Source of the DNA: an uncultured Bacilli bacterium | Lineage (GTDB): Bacteria; Bacillota_I; Bacilli_A; RF39; UBA660 | NCBI GenBank assembly: GCA_944359625.1 | Contig: CALVSW010000002.1 | Location: forward strand, 36,332 to 100,331 | Direction of reading: 5' to 3' | Length of the DNA stretch: 64,000 nucleotides | Part shown: positions 57,163-64,000 of the stretch, one piece after another | Numbering within the stretch: the first letter of the stretch is position 1 | Layout of the letters: every line of letters begins with the position of its first letter | Translations under genes and position numbers: made by a program | Notes under the pieces: model-generated | Database searches by the model: none | What the model saw: the letters and a program-made list of their open reading frames with translations, nothing else | Told to the model about the DNA's origin: nothing

Positions 57163-57194
57163 TAAAGTTATTACGGTTAACCGTAATAACTTTA
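57163..57194. repeat. Perfect 32-bp palindrome upstream of the AAA/DUF4143 gene
   Basis: TAAAGTTATTACGGTTAACCGTAATAACTTTA is its own reverse complement. Confidence 0.9.
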
Positions 57195-57238
57195 CAAAAA
57201 TATTAGAATAATATATAATGTATGTAGAGGTGAATTGT

Positions 57239-58447
57239 ATGCTAGTAAGAGAAGATTATTTATCTAAAATAAGAGGATTTTATGATTCTGATTTAATTAA
57301 AATATTAGTAGGAATAAGAAGATGTGGAAAATCAGTTATTTTAAATCAAATAATAGATGAATTAAAAGAAAAGAAAAATATAGATGAGGAACATATAATA
57401 TTTATTAATTTTGAATTTATTGAATTTGAAGATTTATTAGATTATAAAAAATTAAATAAATATATAAAAGATAAGATTAAAGATGATAAAATATATTACT
57501 TATTTTTAGATGAAGTTCAAAATGTTGATAACTTTGAAAAAGTTGTTAATTCCTTAAGGGCTTCAGTTAAAAATATTAGCATATTTTTAACTGGCTCTAA
57601 TAGTAAAATGTTATCAGATGAATTATCAACGGTTTTATCAGGTAGATATGTATTATTTAATATAAATCCTTTATCTTATAAAGAATATATTTCTTTAACT
57701 AGTAAAGATGGTAAAGATTTAAATAATTTTTGGGATTATGCTAAATGGGGAGGATTACCTAATAGATGTCAATTTACTAATGAAATAGATATAAAGAATT
57801 ATCTTCATAGTGTATATGATTCAATTATTTTAAGAGATGTAGTAAAAAGACTTAATTTAAAGGATACTGTATTATTTGATATGATATTACAATACTTAAT
57901 AGAAATTGCAGGTCGAGAATTCTCTGCTGATAATATTATAAAATATTTAGAAAAAGAAAATAAAAAAATATCTAATGAAACATTATATAATTATTTAGAT
58001 GCTTTATGTAAAGCATTAATATTAAAAAAAGTATATAGATATGATATATCAGGTAAAGGTGTTTTAAAAACATTAAATAAGTATTATGCAACTGACTTGG
58101 GAATTGCCCAAATTAAGAATAATAATCCTGAATTTAAAACTTATATAGTATTAGAAAATATAGTATATAATGAATTAATAAATAGAAACTATGAAGTATA
58201 TATAGGTAAAACCAAAAATGGTGAAATAGATTTTTTAGTTAAAAAAGATGGCTTAATAAAGTATATACAAGTAAGTTATGAATTATATGGTAATGATAGT
58301 GCGATTGAAAGAGAATTTGGGGCATATAAATATATTGATGATAATTATCCTAAATATGTTATATCACTTGATAAAATAGATTTATCTCGTGATGGTATTA
58401 TACACTTAAATTTAATAGATTTCTTATTAAATGATAAATTACTATAA
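57239..58447 (+). CDS. AAA ATPase, AAA_14/DUF4143 family (intact copy)
   Basis: GIRRCGKS Walker A, LFLDEVQ Walker B, and a C-terminal DUF4143-like region. ATG at 57239 after GTAGAGGTGA. Confidence 0.8.
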   Translation: MLVREDYLSKIRGFYDSDLIKILVGIRRCGKSVILNQIIDELKEKKNIDEEHIIFINFEFIEFEDLLDYKKLNKYIKDKIKDDKIYYLFLDEVQNVDNFEKVVNSLRASVKNISIFLTGSNSKMLSDELSTVLSGRYVLFNINPLSYKEYISLTSKDGKDLNNFWDYAKWGGLPNRCQFTNEIDIKNYLHSVYDSIILRDVVKRLNLKDTVLFDMILQYLIEIAGREFSADNIIKYLEKENKKISNETLYNYLDALCKALILKKVYRYDISGKGVLKTLNKYYATDLGIAQIKNNNPEFKTYIVLENIVYNELINRNYEVYIGKTKNGEIDFLVKKDGLIKYIQVSYELYGNDSAIEREFGAYKYIDDNYPKYVISLDKIDLSRDGIIHLNLIDFLLNDKLL

Positions 58448-58461
58448 AAATATTAAATATA

Positions 58462-58480
58462 CCACGTCTTTTGGACGTGG
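58462..58480 (+). terminator. Hairpin after the AAA gene (weak T-tract)
   Basis: CCACGTC-TTTTG-GACGTGG. Confidence 0.5.
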
Positions 58481-58592
58481 GATATTTAATAATAAGTCTG
58501 CAAATAACCGAATAAAAACTCTACAAATAACCGAATGAAAATACTACAAATCACCGAATAGGATATAGGAGATTAATAATGGAAACATATAA

Positions 58593-59163
58593 AATAAGAA
58601 TACTGGAAAAACTCCTAGATTAATAGATGAATGGGAAATTGCTCCTAAGTTATGGGACGCAGTTAGATTCGAAGTGGATCATCGAGGAGTTGAAGGCCAA
58701 TTTATTTTAACTGGATCATCAGTTCCTGCTAATATGCAAAATGTTTTCCATACCGGCACTGGTAGATTTAGTTGGCTCTTAATGCGACCAATGAGTTTAT
58801 ATGAGTCTGGTGAATCAACTGGAGAAGTTAGTTTATTTAGTTTATTTGATAATTCAACAAAAATAAGTGGTATTAATAAATATACTTTAGAAGATATAGC
58901 GTATTTATGTTGTAGAGGTGGTTGGCCAAGGAGTATAGATATGGATAAAGATATTGCCTTAGACCAAGCATATGATTATTATGAAGAGTTTTAATTTAGA
59001 TATTTCAAGAGTAGATAATGTGACTAGAAATCCAGAAAGAGCAAAACACTTAATGAGGAGTTATGCTAGAAATATTGGAAGTCAAGCATCTAATGAAACA
59101 TTAAGAAATGACATGATTTCTAATGATTTAAATACATCAAACAAGAAATATATAGTCAAATGA
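58593..59163 (+). pseudogene. 5'-truncated, frameshifted AAA/DUF4143 ATPase remnant
   Basis: Frame opens after a TAA with …LIDEWEIAPKLWDAVRFEVDHRG…ILTGSS…. A frameshift lies near 58990. Homology to the 52.5-kb copy (RGGWP.SI, ERNPE, SYARNI) is lost after about 59140. Confidence 0.6.
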
Positions 59164-59817
59164 TGGTATACAATATAATGCAATCAATAACAAATGATTT
59201 AGATACTGAAATAGACCAGAGAAAATATAAATATACAATGAAAATTAATATTAATATGGCGATCGGTTTTGTAAAAAGATTTTTATTAAAAATATTATTA
59301 GAAGATAATGAAGAAAAAATGCAGAAATTATCAGATTTATTATTTGAAAACATTTTAAAGAATATAGTTCCAATTAGAAATGATCGACATTATAAAAGAG
59401 ATAATGTTCGTAAGAATAAACATCCTATAAATAAAAGGAAATCTATATAAAATTATTATATGTTTATAAACATTTCTTTTTGTCGTAGTAAAATTTACTA
59501 ATTCATATAAAAAGGAAAAAGATAAATTAAATTATCATAATTTATCTTTCCTTAAGTTAATGACATTGAGTTAAACTAGTGGATTTTTATTTTATTAGCA
59601 TTTAAAGGGCATTTAATTCATGCTAATAGTAATAATTTTATTGTTAGTATTTTAAGAAAAATATTAGAAGTAGATGGTATTGTTAAAGTTATTTATTTAA
59701 CTAGTAAATTTGAAGATGCTAGTATTAAAAAGACTATTGAAGATGAAATAAATAGAATGGTATAATTTAATTGCTTATAAAATAAATAAGCTGGGATTAG
59801 GTTATTTAAACGTGAAC

Positions 59818-59943
59818 TTCGTCAATTCGAACAATCCGTGGCTCAAACGCGGTGGTAACCACAACAATGGCACCAATGCAGGCGTGTTCAACTTCAATAA
59901 CAACAATGGTAATGCGAATTCCAACAATTCGTTCCGGGTTGTT
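59818..59943 (+). repeat. DGR template-repeat-like segment (TR), orphan
   Basis: 126 nt with 38 adenines; 16 of 42 codons are AAY. Reads FVNSNNPWLKRGGNHNNGTNAGVFNFNNNNGNANSNNSFRVV. Aligns without gaps to VR1 at 27853-27978. Confidence 0.7.
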
Positions 59944-60198
59944 CTAGAAACGATAAATTAAATTATAGTATAAAAGTTTTAAACATATCTAACTACAAGA
60001 TAGTAAGAGTTTAGAATATTCTATAGAGGTATTTATCGAAATCTAGTTCCAATCTATAAAATAGGTTAAAATAAGAATTACGCTCTGGTTAGTAAATGTA
60101 TTTGAAAATTAGAGAGTAATAACCCCATAGCAAGTTTGTTATGGGGTAATTTTATTATATAATTATATATAATATGTATATACTATATATATAATATA

Positions 60199-60227
60199 TT
60201 GACAAAGAATTATATATGTAGCATAAT
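60199..60227 (+). promoter_or_regulatory. Sigma-A type promoter of the relB/yafQ-like operon
   Basis: TTGACA, a 17-nt spacer, then CATAAT, about 25 nt upstream of the antitoxin start. Confidence 0.55.
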
Positions 60228-60252
60228 TTTATTATCTAAGTGAGGTGTAAAA

Positions 60253-60546
60253 ATGAAAACTTTGACAAATGGGATTATTAATGTTCATGTTGATCCTAAA
60301 GATAAAGAAGATGCTACAATTATTTTAAAAGATTTGGGATTAAATATGAGTACTCTAATAAATATGACTTTAAAACAAGTTATTAAAAGAAAAGCTATTC
60401 CTTTTGATGTTGCAATACCGTCATATAATGATAGATTAGAAAATGCTTTAAAAGAAAGTAAAGTTATTGAAAAAGAATATAAGAGTGGTACAAGAAAAGG
60501 CTATAACAATGTTAATGAAATGATGGAGTCTATTATAGATGATTGA
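60253..60546 (+). CDS. RelB/DinJ family antitoxin
   Basis: 97 aa; …VDPKDKEDATIILKDLGLNMSTLINMTLKQVI is a ribbon-helix-helix DinJ-like N-terminus. Overlaps the toxin gene by 8 nt. Confidence 0.8.
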   Translation: MKTLTNGIINVHVDPKDKEDATIILKDLGLNMSTLINMTLKQVIKRKAIPFDVAIPSYNDRLENALKESKVIEKEYKSGTRKGYNNVNEMMESIIDD

Positions 60547-60844
60547 TTTATCTTTAAATACTAAATGTAAAATTGATTATACTAGTGAGTTCAAAAGACA
60601 GCTTAAGAAAGTTATAAAACAAGGTAAAGATATTAATATATTGTTAGAAGTGATTAGTAAATTAGCTAATCAAGAGGAATTAGATTTGAAATATAAAAAT
60701 CATCATTTGATAAATGATAATACTTATAGAGATTGTATGGAATGTCATTTAAAACCTTATTGGTTACTAGTATATAAATATATTGATAATAATTTAGTAT
60801 TGTTACTTGTTACAACAGGTAGCCATAGTGACATCTTAGAGTAG
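60539..60844 (+). CDS. yafQ: YafQ/RelE family mRNA interferase toxin
   Basis: …FKRQLKK…HHLINDNTYRDCMECHLKPYWLLVYKYIDNNLVLLLVTTGSHSDIL matches the YafQ signature (H…CH..PD.LLIY…TGSHSDL). Confidence 0.8.
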   Translation: MIDLSLNTKCKIDYTSEFKRQLKKVIKQGKDINILLEVISKLANQEELDLKYKNHHLINDNTYRDCMECHLKPYWLLVYKYIDNNLVLLLVTTGSHSDILE

Positions 60845-60872
60845 GTGGTAGTAAAAACTACCACTTTTTTTT
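60845..60872 (+). terminator. Rho-independent terminator
   Basis: GTGGTAGT-AAAA-ACTACCAC followed by T8. Confidence 0.9.
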
Positions 60873-60907
60873 AAAGTATGATAGAATACTATTAAGGAAT
60901 GTGTATT

Positions 60908-62047
60908 ATGAAATTGAGTGATATTAAAAATAATTTAGATCATGATGAAATATATTCTAATTATGCATGTAAAAACAAAGATGCGATTAGGTTTAATGAA
61001 GATAAAGAAGATATTAGACCTCCTTTTTTACATGATAGTGATAAAATTATTTATTCACTTGCATATACTAGGTATATCAATAAAACTCAAGTTTATTCTT
61101 TAGTTGATAATGATAACATAAGTAAGCGAATGACGCATGTGCAGATGGTTAGTAAAATTGCTCGTACGATTGGTAGAGCTTTAGGGTTAAATGAAGATTT
61201 AATTGAGGCTGCAAGTCTTGGGCATGATTTAGGACATACCCCACTAGGCCATGTTGGTGAATCTATTTTAAATAAGATAAGTTTAGAGGTAGGAGAAGGT
61301 TACTTTAATCATAATATTCAAAGTGTTCGCAATTTAATGTTTATTGAAAACATGGGAAATGGTTCTAACATTACTTTACAAGTATTAGATGCGATTATGT
61401 GCCATAATGGTGAATTAGAGTTAGAATTATATAAACCTATAAAGAAGACTAAAGAAGAATTTTTAAAAGAATATTATGATTCTTATAAGTATAAAGATAA
61501 AGTAAAAGAATTAATTCCGATGACACTAGAAGGATGCGTAGTAAGAATTAGTGATTTAATTGCCTATTTAGGTCGCGATGTCGAAGATGCTATTAGATTA
61601 GGTAAGTTAAAAAGAAGTGATATACCAAGTTCGATAACTAATATCTTAGGTAATACTAATAGTAGTTTAATTAATACTTTTGTATTAGATATTATATCTA
61701 ATAGTACTTCTAAATATATAAAAATGAGTAAAGAAAAATTTGCAGTATTAAAAGAATTAAAGAAGTTTAATTATGAGAATATATATAATAAAGCTAATGA
61801 TAAAGATATAATTGATAAATGGGAAAATATGTTTAGGGTAGTATTTAATTACTATTTAAATGATTTAGAAAATAAAAATATTGATAGTAATATATATATT
61901 TATTTTTATAAGTATAAAAATGATTATTATAAGAATAATACTTCTTTAAAAAGAGTAGTTATAGATTATATAGCAGGTATGACTGATGAATTTTTTATAA
62001 AAGAATATAAAAATATTATAAGGAGGAAGAAAGATGAAAAAGAGTGA
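60908..62047 (+). CDS. dGTPase-like HD-domain triphosphohydrolase
   Basis: RMTHVQMVSKIAR…GHDLGHTPLGHVGE and DY(I)AGMTDEF motifs. ATG at 60908 after AAGGAA. Confidence 0.85.
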   Translation: MKLSDIKNNLDHDEIYSNYACKNKDAIRFNEDKEDIRPPFLHDSDKIIYSLAYTRYINKTQVYSLVDNDNISKRMTHVQMVSKIARTIGRALGLNEDLIEAASLGHDLGHTPLGHVGESILNKISLEVGEGYFNHNIQSVRNLMFIENMGNGSNITLQVLDAIMCHNGELELELYKPIKKTKEEFLKEYYDSYKYKDKVKELIPMTLEGCVVRISDLIAYLGRDVEDAIRLGKLKRSDIPSSITNILGNTNSSLINTFVLDIISNSTSKYIKMSKEKFAVLKELKKFNYENIYNKANDKDIIDKWENMFRVVFNYYLNDLENKNIDSNIYIYFYKYKNDYYKNNTSLKRVVIDYIAGMTDEFFIKEYKNIIRRKKDEKE

Positions 62048-63764
62048 TAATTATACGTTAACTAAAGAAGAAATAGAAAATAATCATATTGTCCAGAATA
62101 AAAAGTCTTATTTTGTAGTATTTGGTATTTTAGCACTATCTATATGTTTATTAATTGTAGGTAGTTTATTTCGTAATAATATTACGCCAGATTATCCATT
62201 AGTATTTATAGATGCTAATAATAAGTTAATGGTTATTACTAAAACTGGTAATAGTAAAAATGATATTACTAATATAGAAGATGCTAATATTGTGTATGCC
62301 AATGAAGATATTAGATATATTTTATATACTAATAATACTAGTTTATATTTATTAGATACTACTAGTGGTGGTGAAGGAACATTACTAAGTAAAAATGTTA
62401 AAGATTATGGCTTTAGTAGTGATGATGAAGCTGTATATTATATTGAACAAGATGGCTCATTATATGTATATATTAGAAAAGATAAAACTTCTTATTTAAT
62501 AGATAGTAATGTTAAAGAAGCTATTGATGTTATTGATAATTATGTTGTTTATGGTAAAGATAATAGCTTATTAATTAAAGATTATATTAACTTAGCAGTA
62601 GATACTATAGCAAATAGTTATGGTGAAGTGTATATAAGCGAAGATTATGATATGATTTTATATGCCACTGATAAAAGCGATTATAAAGATTATTATATTT
62701 ATAATATAAAAACAACAAGTAATAATAAAATATTAAATAGAGTTTATGAGTTATTAAATTATAATCCGGATTTTACAGAATTTATTTATACATCTAAAAA
62801 TGATGATCCTTTAAATATTTATGAAGAATTAAATGATACATTAGTGGATAGCGATCGTAAATTTGTTGTTTATAGTGATAAAGATGTAGAAAATGGGACT
62901 ATTACGGAAGAAGAAAAAAAGAAAAATGATGAAGAAAGTACTTTAGTTAGTGAACGTAATAAAATGAGAGAATATGCCCGTAATTATCCTAATAGTGGTT
63001 ATAATTTATATTATCAATTAAAGGAAACTAAAACACTTCTTGCTAGTGGGGTAATTGATGTTTATGTAGATGATTATGATAATAAAAGAGTTGTTTATAC
63101 TAAAAATACATGGAATAATATTCTAGATTTAAAAGATTATAATACATTAGATGAATTTAAAAAAGCATTAGAAAGTAATAAAACTAAAGGATTATATTAT
63201 CAAATAAATACTGATACTCCTTCTTTAATAAAAGATAATATTGGAGATAATATTGAATTAATATATAAAGAAAATGATGGTGTTTATTATATAGAAAATA
63301 CTAATTTATATTATAGTCAAGTATTTGGTCGTAAAGCATCAAGTAGTACTTTAGTTGATAGTAATTTAATTACTACTAAATTAAATAAAGTTTTAGATCT
63401 TGGTGTAGTATATTTAACTAGTGATAATAACTCCTTAAAATATGTTAGTAAAGGACGTAGCCGTTTAATTAATCAAGATGTTTATCGTGAATTTATTGAA
63501 GTATCAGAGACTGAAGATGCTATATATTATTTACGTAATTATGCAAATCATTCTGGGACTTTAATGTTATTTAATGGTATTAGAAATTCTAAATTAAGTG
63601 ATAATGTATCTAGTTTTATTTATATTAATGATGAGCTTATGTATGCTACTAAAGATTATGATGAAGAAACAAAAACTAGTGATTTATATCGTTTAAATGG
63701 TAGTAAGTTTACATTTATATATAAAGGAATATTAGAGTGGTTTAGTCCAGTTGCAAAAAATTAA
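62034..63764 (+). CDS. Membrane-anchored hypothetical protein (repetitive beta-rich ectodomain)
   Basis: 576-aa ORF that overlaps the upstream gene by 14 nt. One TM (YFVVFGILALSICLLIVGSLF). No recognised catalytic motif. Confidence 0.6.
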   Translation: MKKSDNYTLTKEEIENNHIVQNKKSYFVVFGILALSICLLIVGSLFRNNITPDYPLVFIDANNKLMVITKTGNSKNDITNIEDANIVYANEDIRYILYTNNTSLYLLDTTSGGEGTLLSKNVKDYGFSSDDEAVYYIEQDGSLYVYIRKDKTSYLIDSNVKEAIDVIDNYVVYGKDNSLLIKDYINLAVDTIANSYGEVYISEDYDMILYATDKSDYKDYYIYNIKTTSNNKILNRVYELLNYNPDFTEFIYTSKNDDPLNIYEELNDTLVDSDRKFVVYSDKDVENGTITEEEKKKNDEESTLVSERNKMREYARNYPNSGYNLYYQLKETKTLLASGVIDVYVDDYDNKRVVYTKNTWNNILDLKDYNTLDEFKKALESNKTKGLYYQINTDTPSLIKDNIGDNIELIYKENDGVYYIENTNLYYSQVFGRKASSSTLVDSNLITTKLNKVLDLGVVYLTSDNNSLKYVSKGRSRLINQDVYREFIEVSETEDAIYYLRNYANHSGTLMLFNGIRNSKLSDNVSSFIYINDELMYATKDYDEETKTSDLYRLNGSKFTFIYKGILEWFSPVAKN

Positions 63765-63820
63765 CATTATATGGTTTATAATGTTAAAAATGTAACATAA
63801 TAAATATAGGGAGGTCTTTC

Positions 63821-64000
63821 ATGAAATATAAGGAGTATAAGAGGGATAGTTATAATTTATATACAATAAAAACTGATAAATTTAGAACGTGTGAAATAGA
63901 AATTGTTTTTCGTCAAAAGTTAAGTAAAGAAAAAATTACGATAAATAATTTACTTATTGATTGTTTAACATATACATCCAAAAAATATCCAAAGCGCAAA
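63821..64000 (+). CDS. M16 (pitrilysin/insulinase) family protein, N-terminal part (runs off the window)
   Basis: ATG after AGGGAGG. The first 60 aa (…YNLYTIKTDKFRTCEIEIVF…) resemble N-termini of YmfF/YmfH-type M16 proteins. Confidence 0.45.
   Translation, partial: MKYKEYKRDSYNLYTIKTDKFRTCEIEIVFRQKLSKEKITINNLLIDCLTYTSKKYPKRK

Noticed and set aside
59160-59450. 96-aa ORF next to the TR, considered as a remnant of the DGR reverse transcriptase or Avd.
   Set aside because: It has no YxDD or other RT block and no four-helix-bundle Avd-like pattern that I can recognise. Its origin remains unknown, so it is not annotated as a gene.
1-64000. Search for CRISPR arrays, tRNA, rRNA or tmRNA genes, and for alternative genetic-code usage.
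   Set aside because: I found no regularly spaced repeat-spacer arrays and no tRNA-like GC-rich cloverleaf segments such as GGTTCGAATCC. TGA functions as a stop in several well-conserved genes (for example the infB/rbfA ATGA overlap), so code 11 applies.

Overview
This is a very AT-rich window, roughly three-quarters A+T by eye. It uses the standard genetic code (TGA is used as a stop) and almost all genes lie on the + strand. It looks like the chromosome of a low-GC, spore-forming Bacillota-type organism, based on a SpoIVB peptidase, a SipW-type signal peptidase and a CotD-like coat-gene fragment. I do not assign a species. The recognisable core genes are lepA, hemW, hisS, gatCAB, rimP-nusA-ylxR-infB-rbfA-truB, rplS, miaB, holA, rnhC (minus strand), cvpA, trxA, a U32 peptidase, a MacB-like ABC transporter and a VanY-type carboxypeptidase. 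I saw no rRNA, tRNA or CRISPR array.

The accessory content is as follows.

1. Positions 1-7.1 kb are the right-hand part of a putative integrated element. It carries a five-gene DpnII-type (GATC) restriction-modification operon with two extra unknown genes, a large serine recombinase and a SWIM zinc-finger protein. The element abuts a start-less 3' fragment of a CotD-like spore-coat gene that still has its own terminator. This suggests a skin-like intervening element.

2. Three short GC-rich islands stand out from the AT-rich background, and I read them as parts of a dispersed diversity-generating retroelement (DGR).
   - The first is an adenine-depleted variable-region-like 3' end of an FGE/C-type-lectin-fold surface protein (27853-27978), followed by a hairpin that spans the stop codon.
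   - The second is an Asn-codon-rich template-repeat-like segment 32 kb away (59818-59943). It aligns codon for codon with the first island and differs mostly at its adenines.
   - The third is a second adenine-depleted, start-less gene fragment (10235-10432).
   - No reverse transcriptase or Avd gene is visible anywhere in the 64 kb.

3. The remaining accessory features are:
   - a Tad-like locus whose CpaF/TadA ATPase appears motif-degenerate;
   - two toxin-antitoxin pairs (MqsR-like with an HTH-DUF4065 antitoxin, and RelB/DinJ with YafQ);
   - three AAA/DUF4143 ATPase paralogs, two of them decayed, each preceded by tandem repeats;
   - a frameshifted collagen-like/beta-helix pseudogene;
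   - several lineage-specific unknown proteins.

All family assignments come from motif recognition by eye. No database searches were run.
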